Position numbers and translations under genes: made by a program. The notes below the pieces were generated by a model that worked only from the letters and a program-made list of their open reading frames with translations, was not told where the DNA came from and ran no database searches. A stretch of DNA of 64,000 nucleotides from NCBI GenBank assembly GCA_041495205.1, contig JBGQCF010000003.1, forward strand, positions 57,960 through 121,959, read 5' to 3'. This document shows, in pieces, positions 51,479 to 60,585 of this stretch; position 1 is the stretch's first letter, and each line of letters opens with the position of its first letter. The DNA is from Gammaproteobacteria bacterium (GTDB lineage Bacteria; Pseudomonadota; Gammaproteobacteria; Burkholderiales; JAHFRG01).

Positions 51479-52135
51479 ATGAATACGTTTCCGCGCCTGG
51501 TTTTCCGTATGTGTGCGCTGCTGTTGCTGGCCGCCGGGTCTGCCCCGGCTGAACCGCTGCTTACTCACGAGCAGGCGCTGCAGGATTTGGATCAGCCCTA
51601 TTCCGAGGCACGCCGCCGCGCGGTTGCCCGCCTGGGCGAAATCGGCGTGATGAGCGACACGCCGGCGCTGCTCAAGCGCCTGCGCGATAGCGACGGGTTC
51701 ACCCGCAAGCTCGCGGAAAACGTCCTATGGCAGGTATGGAGCCGCTCCGGCGATGAAAAGATCGACGCCCTGTTGCAGCAGGGCGTCGCGCAAATGCAGG
51801 AAGGCCCGGTGCGACTGGCGCTCGCGACATTCAACAAAATCATCGAGCTCAAGCCGGATTTCGCCGAAGGCTGGAACAAGCGCGCCACGCTTTATTTCAT
51901 CATGGGCGAATATGAGAAATCGCTCCGCGATTGCGATGAAGTAATGAAAAGCAATCCCTATCACTTCGGCGCGCTCGCCGGCTACGGCCAGATTTATTCG
52001 CGGCTTGACCGGCCGGAACTCGCGCTCGAGTATTTCCGCCGCGCACTCGAACTCAATCCTAACCTGCACGGCGTCGCACTTGCTATCAAAAAACTGGAAC
52101 GGGAAATGGGCGAGAAACGCAAGCGCACCATTTGA
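51479..52135 (+). CDS. Secreted TPR-repeat protein
   Basis: Signal peptide, HEAT/TPR-like N-terminus, three recognisable TPR units (FAEGWNKRATLYFIMGEYEKSLRDCDEVM...). Confidence 0.75.
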   Translation: MNTFPRLVFRMCALLLLAAGSAPAEPLLTHEQALQDLDQPYSEARRRAVARLGEIGVMSDTPALLKRLRDSDGFTRKLAENVLWQVWSRSGDEKIDALLQQGVAQMQEGPVRLALATFNKIIELKPDFAEGWNKRATLYFIMGEYEKSLRDCDEVMKSNPYHFGALAGYGQIYSRLDRPELALEYFRRALELNPNLHGVALAIKKLEREMGEKRKRTI

Positions 52136-52193
52136 TTTATCGAACGACGTGCGCGCATATCATTTAATTCGCGAGCGGCCACCGAAGGCGGAT

Positions 52194-52592
52194 TTAAAAA
52201 GTCACTCCGGCAAAAGCAAGCAGGCAAAGAATCGCGGCGGTGATTATAGTGAACCAGCTTGAAAACGTTCCGACAAAGCGTCCCCGGGACATGCCTGAGG
52301 ACGCGCCCAATCCCTGCGCATGCCATACCCTCCCTCCCAGCAGCGCAAGGCCCAGCACATGCACCATCCATGCGCTGAAACCCGCAAGCTCAACGAAAAG
52401 AATCAGCAACAACGCGATTGGCACGTATTCCACAAAATTGCCCTGCACGCGGATTGCGCGCGCCAAATGGGCATGGCCGCCGTCGCCGATACCCACTTTA
52501 TATTTCATGCGGTAATTCACCACACGATACGAAAGATAAACCAGGATCAGACCCAGAAATGCGGCATACAGAAGAACAATCTTCGGCATCAT
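52194..52592 (-). CDS. MAPEG-family membrane protein (YecN-like)
   Basis: 132 aa, 3-4 TM segments, RAIRVQGNFVEYVP motif. Confidence 0.8.
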   Translation of the reverse strand: MMPKIVLLYAAFLGLILVYLSYRVVNYRMKYKVGIGDGGHAHLARAIRVQGNFVEYVPIALLLILFVELAGFSAWMVHVLGLALLGGRVWHAQGLGASSGMSRGRFVGTFSSWFTIITAAILCLLAFAGVTF

Positions 52593-52633
52593 GACGAGCC
52601 TCCTCTCTTAAAATTTTTCACAAGAAACTTTGG

Positions 52634-53434
52634 CTATCCCGACAAAGCTTTGGCAAGCGCGGCGATAAACGGGCCCAGTTTGGGCGGCCGGGGTTCCAAC
52701 ATGACTTTTACGCCAAGCGCGTTTAATGCCCTGCTGCAAACCGGGCCTATGGAAGCGACCAGCGTTTTGTTGAGATGAGTTTTCAGCGTTTCTTTCCTTC
52801 CCAGGCTCTCGGCCAGTGTAAATAGATTGTAGGCCTGGGAAGCGCTGGTAAAAGCCACCGCGTCAATCTGACCGCGTTCCAATGCATCCATTAAATCAAT
52901 CAATGGTTGCTTATTTTCGGGAAGCGCCCAGCGGTAAGTCGGAATCTCAATAACAGACGCGCCTCTTTTTTGCAGTGCCTTTTCCAGCTCGACATTGGTC
53001 TCGCCGTAACGCTGTACCACCACCTGCTCGCCGCGAATCGGCACGGCGTCAAGCGCATCCATCACTTCGGCAGTGGTAAACGGCTCCGCAGCGCTCAAGT
53101 CAATGCGCACGCCTCGCGAGCGCAACACCGCAGTAGGCTTGGGCCCGCGCGCCACCACCACGGATTGCGCCAACAGCTTTTGAAATATCTCGGTGACGCC
53201 CAAAGAATCGGTGGCATTGAACAGCGCCTTGGTGCCTACCCCGGTCTGGAAAATCATTGCTTTTGCCGGCTTGGCTTCCAACTCGCGTATCAGTTTGCCG
53301 ATATAGGCGGTGTTTACGTCCGGAACTTCAGCCATAGCAGGCGCTGAGAACGGCCGGCCGCCTTGTTTCACCACCAACTCGGCGAGTTGATCGCTTACTC
53401 GATTCTCCAAGAGCGCGACGGTTTTGCCTTGCAT
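52634..53434 (-). CDS. Uroporphyrinogen-III synthase (HEM4) family protein
   Basis: 266 aa with the two-lobe HemD-like pattern (AMIFQTGVG, AVAFTSASQ). A true HemD role cannot be established from context. Confidence 0.7.
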   Translation of the reverse strand: MQGKTVALLENRVSDQLAELVVKQGGRPFSAPAMAEVPDVNTAYIGKLIRELEAKPAKAMIFQTGVGTKALFNATDSLGVTEIFQKLLAQSVVVARGPKPTAVLRSRGVRIDLSAAEPFTTAEVMDALDAVPIRGEQVVVQRYGETNVELEKALQKRGASVIEIPTYRWALPENKQPLIDLMDALERGQIDAVAFTSASQAYNLFTLAESLGRKETLKTHLNKTLVASIGPVCSRALNALGVKVMLEPRPPKLGPFIAALAKALSG

Positions 53435-53484
53435 AAGCTTATATAGTCCTGTTTCCAGACTTTCAAGAGCCGTATGGCCGGCTT

Positions 53485-53541
53485 GTATATAAACAATATA
53501 TACGTTTTATCATATAGTTATCGTACTATATTGATACTATA
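53485..53541. repeat. AT-rich inverted/direct repeat array upstream of the HemD-like gene
   Basis: GTATATA-aacaa-TATATAC (53485-53503). ATATAGT (53512-18) inverted to ACTATAT (53525-31). TACTATA repeated at 53524-30 and 53535-41 (11-bp period). Confidence 0.5.
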
Positions 53542-53568
53542 CTTTAATATGTTACCGTTGTAATCTTC

Positions 53569-54039
53569 TCACCTTAATATCCGAAAAACCCCATCGAGTG
53601 TGGCCGTCACGAATTCTACAATGCCCGGTTCTCTGGAAATCCGCGACCCGGCGACGTTCAGCACTTTTATCGGATATCGCTCCCGGAATTCACCAACCAG
53701 CCTCACCGCATCAAGAGCAGGATGAATATGCAAACAGGGCTTACGCTGCTTAACACAAAATTCCTGTGTCAGCTTCGAGCCGCCCGTCAATTCAGGTGCA
53801 AGCGAGAAAATCAGCGTCGCGTCGCTGTCGCGCACATTCCATTCGTTGCGCTCAGCGTAATCCGAGGAAGGTGTTTCTGAAAGTTTGTAGCGCTCGGCAA
53901 TCCTGCCATCTTCGGCCAGCCTACCCGCTGGACACCATCCCCCATGTGGAAAACTGCGCTTCATGGCCCAATCCAAGGCAGCCCGGTCTGCACCCGTTTG
54001 CCCGCCAGAAATAATTTTCAGGGTTTTCTTCAGAAACAT
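53569..54039 (-). CDS. SLOG-superfamily protein of the putative molybdenum-carrier (YpsA-like) type
   Basis: IISGGQTGADRAALDWA N-terminal glycine-rich motif and LNVAGSR near the C-terminus. Confidence 0.75.
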   Translation of the reverse strand: MFLKKTLKIISGGQTGADRAALDWAMKRSFPHGGWCPAGRLAEDGRIAERYKLSETPSSDYAERNEWNVRDSDATLIFSLAPELTGGSKLTQEFCVKQRKPCLHIHPALDAVRLVGEFRERYPIKVLNVAGSRISREPGIVEFVTATLDGVFRILR

Positions 54040-54046
54040 CTACTCA

Positions 54047-54625
54047 CTAATGTTGGTAGGTACCGATCAATTCAGCCCGCGCGAGTATATGGCCTTGCAT
54101 TGCTTTTTCTAGCGCGGCCTTGGTTGGTTTGCCCAGGTCCGCGATTACCGTATCCAGCGCATAAAGCTTGTGAAAATAGCGATGACGCCCGATCGGCGGA
54201 CAAGGGCCGCCGTAACCGGTGCGCTTCCAGTCATTCAAGCCTTGCAGCGTGCCTGCGGGCAGCTCTTTCACTGGAACCGCCTCCGGCAAACCAGGGGTTG
54301 CGGGAGGAATATTGTAAAGCACCCAGTGCACCCAGGTCAGTTTCGGCGCGGCCGGATCTGGGGCATCGGGGTCATCCACAATTAAAGCCAGGCTCTTGGT
54401 TCCGGCAGGCAACCCCGTCCACGCAAGCGGAGGGGAAACATCCTCGCCATCGCAAGTGTAGCGTTTGGGGATGGCGCCGTTGTGGGGAAATGCTGCAGAC
54501 GTCAAGGTCGTAGCCATTATCGTGCCCTCCTTGCTTTTTACAGGTAAATCCGTTCCCGCCGCGGCCACGGCGAGAACCGCGAAACCCAGGGATCCCACTA
54601 CAACAAGTTTTAGAGTGCGAACCAT
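54047..54625 (-). CDS. Secreted YbhB/YbcL-family PEBP (Raf-kinase-inhibitor-like) protein
   Basis: Start at MVRTLKLVVVGSLGFAVLAVAAA (signal peptide). DPDAP, WVHWVLYNIP and GYGGPCPPIGRHRYFHKLYALD motifs. Confidence 0.85.
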   Translation of the reverse strand: MVRTLKLVVVGSLGFAVLAVAAAGTDLPVKSKEGTIMATTLTSAAFPHNGAIPKRYTCDGEDVSPPLAWTGLPAGTKSLALIVDDPDAPDPAAPKLTWVHWVLYNIPPATPGLPEAVPVKELPAGTLQGLNDWKRTGYGGPCPPIGRHRYFHKLYALDTVIADLGKPTKAALEKAMQGHILARAELIGTYQH

Positions 54626-54944
54626 TGTTTGGGTAAATATACGCGGCCGGTTTGGATGTTCTTCAAATATAGCACGCCTGGGGAACAGTATGGTTCGCCG
54701 CGACGACATAGCAAACGAAAGACAAACTCGGCGTCCCGAAGAAGGTAAAACCGAGGACGTGTTGAATGCTTTTGCATCGCGCATTCCAAAGGCAGAAATG
54801 ATTTGACTTACCCTTCATTTTCATGCCCAATGGGAACGACGACACGATTCAGGTTTCAAGTAACGGTATAAGTTCGCTGTTTCTTTTCCTTGATAATCTT
54901 GCCGCCCGGGCATCCGCCCCGCCAATTTAAATCAGGAGATGATA

Positions 54945-55160
54945 ATGGCAACTGGTATTGTAAAATGGTTCAACGATTCGAAAGGGTTCGGGTTTATTGC
55001 GCCGGACGATGGCGCTGAAGATCTCTTCGCGCACTTTTCGGCGATACAGTCAAACGGCTTCAAGACGCTTAGGGAAAAACAAAAAGTTTCCTTCGATGTG
55101 ACAACCGGGCCTAAAGGAAAGCAAGCATCGAACATCCAGGTGCTTTCACCCAGCGACTAA
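54945..55160 (+). CDS. Cold-shock protein (CspA family)
   Basis: [18 protein letters not shown] (RNP1) and DLFAHFS (RNP2). AGGAG lies 6 nt upstream of this ATG. The long upstream untranslated region is typical of csp genes. Confidence 0.95.
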   Translation: MATGIVKWFNDSKGFGFIAPDDGAEDLFAHFSAIQSNGFKTLREKQKVSFDVTTGPKGKQASNIQVLSPSD

Positions 55161-55165
55161 TGAAG

Positions 55166-55194
55166 AAACCCCGGCCAGTCGGGGGTTTGTTAGT
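55166..55194 (+). terminator. Rho-independent terminator after csp
   Basis: AAACCCCG / CGGGGGTTT stem (one bulge) followed by a T-rich run TTTGTTAGTT. Confidence 0.6.
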
Positions 55195-55304
55195 TCGATC
55201 CGCGCCCTGTTCCGATGGGTGACGTTGCAGCCAATCAAAATAGCGTTGGGAATATCGTTAACTCAAGTTTCCGATATAAATATTGAAGATAAGGAAAAAG
55301 TGAA

Positions 55305-55583
55305 ATGAAAATTTATGTGGGCAATCTGTCGCCCGCGATCACTGAAGAGGACTTGCAGCAAGCATTTGCCGCGTTCGGTCAAGTGACGTCAGTCAGCATT
55401 GTCAACGACAAATTTACAGGAGTATCGAGAGGATTCGGCTTTGTGGAAATGCCGGGTAAAGCCGAGTCTTTGGCCGCGATCACGGGTTTAAACTATCAGG
55501 AGTTGAAAGGACAGACCCTCAAAGTTAACGAGGCCCGCCCCAGCCCGCAAGGCGGGCGCGGCAAAGGCAATTGGCGCCGCTGA
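55305..55583 (+). CDS. RRM-domain RNA-binding protein with Gly/Arg tail
   Basis: KIYVGNL (RNP2) and RGFGFVEM (RNP1). C-terminal GGRGKGNWRR. Confidence 0.9.
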   Translation: MKIYVGNLSPAITEEDLQQAFAAFGQVTSVSIVNDKFTGVSRGFGFVEMPGKAESLAAITGLNYQELKGQTLKVNEARPSPQGGRGKGNWRR

Positions 55584-55700
55584 CACCTGACAAAGCCGGG
55601 TTGAGGCCGTTGCGCTGAAACCTTCCGGCGTAGCTCGATTTTCTGCGGTTTTCCGCGCGCGGGCGACAAATGTATTCCAAGGCTTACCACTCCCGCCAGT

Positions 55701-57017
55701 TCAGTGCATGGCACCCATCAGCCGGTCGGGCAGCCAGGTGGCAATGCCGGGAAACACGCACAGGATCACGATCTGCAACATCATGCAGAGCACATAGGGA
55801 ATGGTGCCCCACATGATTTTCGTCAGCGGCACGTCGGGCGCGATGGATTTGACGATGTAGATGTTCAGGCCGACCGGCGGATGGATCAGGCCGATCTCCA
55901 TGTTGATGGTCATAATGACGCCGAACCACACCGGGTCGAAGCCGGCGACCTTGATGATGGGATAAAGGATCGGGGCGGTCATCAGGATGATCGCCGCTGG
56001 CGGAATGAAAAAGCCGCAGACCAGCAGGAAGATGTTAATCATCCCCATCAGTACCCAGCGGTTGACGTGCATGTCGGCGATGGCGTGCGCCAGAGTCTGA
56101 GTGAGATAAAGCGAAGTGAGCATGTAGCCGAAGAGAACGGCGGCGGCGATAATCATGAGAATCATCACCGACTCGCGGGTCGTGTCGCGCAGGATCTGCC
56201 ACCACTCCTTCGGCCGCCACATCCGGTAGATCACGACCGCCATCACCACGCAAAGCGCCGCCCCCACTCCCGCCGCCTCCGAGGGCGTCGCGATTCCCCC
56301 ATAGAGCACGTATATCACGCCGATGACGATAACGAGGAAGGGCGCTACCTTCGGGATGGACTGGAACTTTTCCTTCCAGCTGTAGCGGAAACCCGCCGCA
56401 TGCGCGTGGAATCCCCGCTTCCAGATGATGAACAGCGTCCACAGTATGAACAATCCTGTGAGCATCAGGCCCGGGACCACGCCGGCGAGGAACAGGCGCC
56501 CGATCGAGGTCTCGGTCGCGATACCGTAGAGAATGAAGGTGATCGAGGGCGGGATCAGGATGCCGAGCGTACCGCCAGCGCAGATCGATCCGGTCGCCAC
56601 GTCGTCGGGGTAGCCACGCTTGCGCATCTCGGGAATGCCCATCTTGCCGATCGCGGCACAGCACGCGGGAGACGAACCCGTGAGCGCAGCGAATATGGCG
56701 CAGGCGCCGAGGTTGGAAATCACCAGTCCGCCCGGCAGGCGGTAGAGCCACCGGTCGAGCGCCTCGTAGAGGTCCTTGCCCGCGGGTGAGGAGCCGATCG
56801 CCGCCCCCATCATTACGAACATCGGGATCGCCAACAGCGTGAAGTCATTCAGTCCCGCGTAGAACGTCTCGGCCACCACGTGCAGCGAGTCGATCCCGTG
56901 GAAGATGATGAGAAAGACGATTGAGATCGCTCCGAGGCCGAAGGCGACCGGTGCGCCCGACAAAAGCACGACCAGCGTGATGACGAGGACGATCGCACCT
57001 TGGGTAGCCGGGCTCAT
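55701..57017 (-). CDS. TRAP transporter large permease (DctM family)
   Basis: 438 aa from MSPATQGAIVLVITL. ATGA overlap with the dctQ-like stop. Polytopic membrane protein. The upstream part of the 522-aa ORF overlaps dctQ. Confidence 0.9.
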   Translation of the reverse strand: MSPATQGAIVLVITLVVLLSGAPVAFGLGAISIVFLIIFHGIDSLHVVAETFYAGLNDFTLLAIPMFVMMGAAIGSSPAGKDLYEALDRWLYRLPGGLVISNLGACAIFAALTGSSPACCAAIGKMGIPEMRKRGYPDDVATGSICAGGTLGILIPPSITFILYGIATETSIGRLFLAGVVPGLMLTGLFILWTLFIIWKRGFHAHAAGFRYSWKEKFQSIPKVAPFLVIVIGVIYVLYGGIATPSEAAGVGAALCVVMAVVIYRMWRPKEWWQILRDTTRESVMILMIIAAAVLFGYMLTSLYLTQTLAHAIADMHVNRWVLMGMINIFLLVCGFFIPPAAIILMTAPILYPIIKVAGFDPVWFGVIMTINMEIGLIHPPVGLNIYIVKSIAPDVPLTKIMWGTIPYVLCMMLQIVILCVFPGIATWLPDRLMGAMH

Positions 57018-57532
57018 GAGCGGCGCCCCGGTTGAATGCCGAACGGCGGCTCGCGGCCGGTGACCAGATTGATCAGGTCGGCGACAAATTGCAAGCTCAG
57101 AATGCCGAGCCCGATCGGCATCGAGCCATAGGGAATCCACAGCCGCGCCCGCCACATGGTGTCGGACACCCATCTGTTGGTCCAAGCCTCGTGCCAGAAC
57201 ATGAAGGTGAGCACCGTCATGATGACGCAGAACGCGAGCGATACCATGACGGAGGCGAGCGCCAGCCAATAGCGCGGGCGCGGGCCGAGATAGTGGGGGA
57301 GGACATCGACGTTCACGTGCCCGCGAGTCATCAGCACGTAGGGGCTGCCGATGAACGTCGCCGCCACTAGGCTGTAGGTGACGAAATCAGTCTGCCAGAT
57401 CGTGTTCTGGTTGAGGATATAACGCACGAACACCATTTGACAGACGACCAGCACGCCCGCGCCGATGAGCGCGGCGGCGATGATTCCGCAAAGTCGCGAG
57501 ACCAGCGTGACTGCCCGAATGAAACGATCCAT
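57014..57532 (-). CDS. TRAP transporter small permease (DctQ family)
   Basis: 172 aa, four TM segments, sits between the DctP- and DctM-type genes. Confidence 0.88.
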   Translation of the reverse strand: MDRFIRAVTLVSRLCGIIAAALIGAGVLVVCQMVFVRYILNQNTIWQTDFVTYSLVAATFIGSPYVLMTRGHVNVDVLPHYLGPRPRYWLALASVMVSLAFCVIMTVLTFMFWHEAWTNRWVSDTMWRARLWIPYGSMPIGLGILSLQFVADLINLVTGREPPFGIQPGRRS

Positions 57533-57616
57533 GCGTCCCCCCGGCGCGTGAATGGAGTTTCGGTCAATAGCAACCGGCCGGCGAGACAGCTCGCCGGCCG
57601 ACTGCGATATCGAGGC

Positions 57617-58618
57617 TCACTTAACGGCGAGCGCCTCGTCGATCAGCTTCTTGCCGTCCGGAACTTCCTTGGCGAACTCCACGTAGGAGCTTTCACGCGC
57701 TACCTTGAGCCAGGCGTCGTATTCGGCGGGGCTCAGGGTCACGACCTCGACATTGTTCTTCTTGAACGTATTGACCATTTCCTCGTCGAGGCCTGGAGCG
57801 GCCTTGGCGAAGTACTCCTGCGCTTTCTTGCCGGCCTTGAGCAGAACTTCCTGCTGCTTCTTGTCGAGCTTGTCAAAGCTCTTCTTCGACACCAGCACCG
57901 GTTCGTACATGAACCACAGCGCGTTGTCGCCGGGCGCAGTAACGCACTTCACCTGCTCGTAGATGCGGAACGAGACGAAGCTGCCCGTGCTGGTGTCGGT
58001 CGCCTCGATGACGCCGGTCTGCAGCGCGTTATAGACTTCGTTGCTAGGGATGTTGATGACCGAGGCACCGGCCTGCTGCCACATGGCGGCGAAAGTCGGT
58101 CCAGCCGAACGGATCTTCATGCCCTTAATGTCCTCCGGCTTGCGGATGCAGCCCTTCTTGGAGGCAACCGCGCCGGCAAGCCACGCATCGGCGAGCACGA
58201 TGGCGCCCGCCTTCTCGATCTTGGCCTTGATGTCTTTCATGAAGAGCGAGTCATTGAGCCGCGCAGCGCGAGCGTGGCTGCGGACGAGACCGGGCATCAG
58301 CGTAGCGCTAAAGTCGCGCACTTTGCCGCTCGCGTAATCGAGCGGGATCGAAGTAATGTCGAGCTGGCCGTTCACTATCGCGTTCCACTGCTCGTTGGGC
58401 TTGAACAGCGACGCGCCGGGATAGACCTGAATGTCGAGGCCGACATCGGCCGCCTTGGCTTCGCGCGCGATCATCTGCACCATCTCGTCGCGTGCGTCGC
58501 CCTTGCCGCCTGGAAACTGGTGAGAAGCACGCAACACAGTCGGTCCCGCAAGCGCGGAACCGGCCAGCGCCGCAGCCGCCAGCGTGGCCAATATGCCTAT
58601 TCGCTTGAACTTCATCAT
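57617..58618 (-). CDS. TRAP transporter periplasmic solute-binding protein (DctP family)
   Basis: Signal peptide MMKFKRIGILATLAAAALAGSALA and DctP-like body (LRASHQFP..., VYPGASLFK). Confidence 0.9.
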   Translation of the reverse strand: MMKFKRIGILATLAAAALAGSALAGPTVLRASHQFPGGKGDARDEMVQMIAREAKAADVGLDIQVYPGASLFKPNEQWNAIVNGQLDITSIPLDYASGKVRDFSATLMPGLVRSHARAARLNDSLFMKDIKAKIEKAGAIVLADAWLAGAVASKKGCIRKPEDIKGMKIRSAGPTFAAMWQQAGASVINIPSNEVYNALQTGVIEATDTSTGSFVSFRIYEQVKCVTAPGDNALWFMYEPVLVSKKSFDKLDKKQQEVLLKAGKKAQEYFAKAAPGLDEEMVNTFKKNNVEVVTLSPAEYDAWLKVARESSYVEFAKEVPDGKKLIDEALAVK

Positions 58619-58809
58619 TTCTATCTCCTTTATTTACTCCAGGATGGTCGATCAAAAGCATTTCTCGCCCGCTCGGTCCGCCGACGTGACGCCACCGGCG
58701 GAAACTGCCTTATGTATTCTATTCCGCCCTGAGCGATGCAACAAGTCGCGAGTATCTTGGTTTGGTTCACGCTACCGCGGAAATGGATCCGTGGGCCGGC
58801 GCGCCGATG

Positions 58810-58833
58810 TTATCTGCGCTCAATTATCTGCGC
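58810..58833. repeat. Direct repeat TTATCTGCGC x2 (14-bp period) upstream of the TRAP operon
   Basis: Exact 10-mers at 58810-58819 and 58824-58833, about 190-215 bp upstream of the dctP-like start. Confidence 0.45.
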
Positions 58834-58904
58834 GCTATTGGTTTACCAGCTCTGCCTGTCCATTTGGGATCTCCACCATCGTGCGCCCAGGCTCCGTTCT
58901 CACT

Positions 58905-60488
58905 TCAGGATCCCTTGAGGAAATTGCGTTGCTCGTACAATGTCGAGTAGGTTTCGCGCAGCACATTTTTCTGCACTTTACCTACCGCGTTACGTGGCAG
59001 TTCGTTGACAAAGAGCACCCGTTTGGGAAGTTTGTAATTGGCCAGTCGTCCCTCTAGAGCCTTAAGCACTTGTCTTTCATCGATCACGGCTCCTTTTGCC
59101 TTCGTCACCACGGCCGTCACCCCCTCCCCAAAATCGGGATGCGGCACGCCGATCACTGCACTTTCTACGACACCCGGCAACGCGTCGATTTCGGCCTCGA
59201 TTTCTTTCGGATATACGTTGAGGCCACCGGTGATGATCAGATCCTTGGCACGGCCGACGATATGCACATACCCGTTCTCGTCGATTTTGCCCATATCTCC
59301 GGTGATGAAGAAGCCATCAGGCCGGAACTCCGCCACGGTCTTCTCGGGATTGCGCCAATAGCCCTTGAAGACATTCGGGCCGCGAACCTCAAGCACGCCG
59401 ACGGCCCCAGGCTCCGACAACCGCTTACCGGTTTCCGGGTCGCCAACCCGGATCTCTACACCAGGCACTGCGAAGCCTACGCTACCGGCTAGACGTTTTC
59501 CTTCATACGGGTTGGAGGTGTTGACCAGCGTTTCAGTCATGGCGTAGCGCTCGAGAATACGATGGCCCGTTTTAACTTCGAACTGACAGTGCGTCTCAGA
59601 CAGCAACGGCGCAGAGCCGGAGATGAACAAGCGCATATGGGCTGTAGCTTTCCGGGCGAGATCGGGATGTTGCAGCAGCCGCGTGTAAAACGTCGGCACA
59701 CCCATCATGACGGTGGCACGAGGCATCAAACGCATAACTTCGTCGGCGTCGAATTTAGCCAGAAAGAGCATGCGGGCACCGGCTGCGAGAACCGTGTTGC
59801 AGGATATACACAAGCCGTGCACATGGAAAATCGGCAGGGCGTGCAGTAGCACGTCGGCTTGGGTAAACTGCCACGCTTTCACCAGCGCTGCAGCGTTGGA
59901 GGCGAGGTTGCGGCGGCTGATCATGGCACCCTTGGAGCAGCCGGTAGTGCCGGACGTGTAGAGCAGTGTAGTCGGCTCGTCGGGGCCGCCGACGAAACGG
60001 GGAAAATCCGTGTTGGATCGCGCTTGAGACAGTTCCATGAGCGATCCCTCGCTCCCGCCGCCTAATGTTTCAACATAAGCCACTCCCAGCTTATGCGCGA
60101 TGGGCGCCAGCGTTTCTCTGTCTTGCGGGCGCACAATGACGATCCGCGGTTCGGCATCACCTAAAAAGTACTCGAGCTCCGGGATCGTGTGGGCGGGGTT
60201 CAGCGGCACGAACACCGCGCCGAGCCGCCAGCACGCCACGCAGAGCATAAACGCTTCAGGCGACTTATCAACTTGCGCCACAACACGATCGCCGGCGACA
60301 ACACTACGCAATGCAAGAGTGCCGGCGATTCGGCCCGAAATGTCGGCCAGGTCCTGATAGGTGTAGGTTTTTCCGTCGGGTGTCTCAATGAAGATGCGCC
60401 CCGGGTCGGTTTCGAGGACTGCGCCAAGCCAGGTGACCGGGTCAATAGAAGACGGCATTTCGTTTAATATGTGTCTTGCCTTAAACAT
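58905..60488 (-). CDS. AMP-forming acyl-CoA synthetase, malonyl-CoA synthetase (MatB)-like
   Basis: LLYTSGTTGCSKGAM (A3), GYWRNPEKT and TGDMG motifs. The N-terminal third resembles MatB as I recall it. Substrate not provable from sequence. Confidence 0.8.
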   Translation of the reverse strand: MFKARHILNEMPSSIDPVTWLGAVLETDPGRIFIETPDGKTYTYQDLADISGRIAGTLALRSVVAGDRVVAQVDKSPEAFMLCVACWRLGAVFVPLNPAHTIPELEYFLGDAEPRIVIVRPQDRETLAPIAHKLGVAYVETLGGGSEGSLMELSQARSNTDFPRFVGGPDEPTTLLYTSGTTGCSKGAMISRRNLASNAAALVKAWQFTQADVLLHALPIFHVHGLCISCNTVLAAGARMLFLAKFDADEVMRLMPRATVMMGVPTFYTRLLQHPDLARKATAHMRLFISGSAPLLSETHCQFEVKTGHRILERYAMTETLVNTSNPYEGKRLAGSVGFAVPGVEIRVGDPETGKRLSEPGAVGVLEVRGPNVFKGYWRNPEKTVAEFRPDGFFITGDMGKIDENGYVHIVGRAKDLIITGGLNVYPKEIEAEIDALPGVVESAVIGVPHPDFGEGVTAVVTKAKGAVIDERQVLKALEGRLANYKLPKRVLFVNELPRNAVGKVQKNVLRETYSTLYEQRNFLKGS

Positions 60489-60585
60489 TTATACCGGTTT
60501 GATATGGAAGTTGTCATACAAGGCAACAGAAAATTCAGGGGGGATTTTCAAGAAACGCATTTACTACCGCATCGTCCAGATGGCG

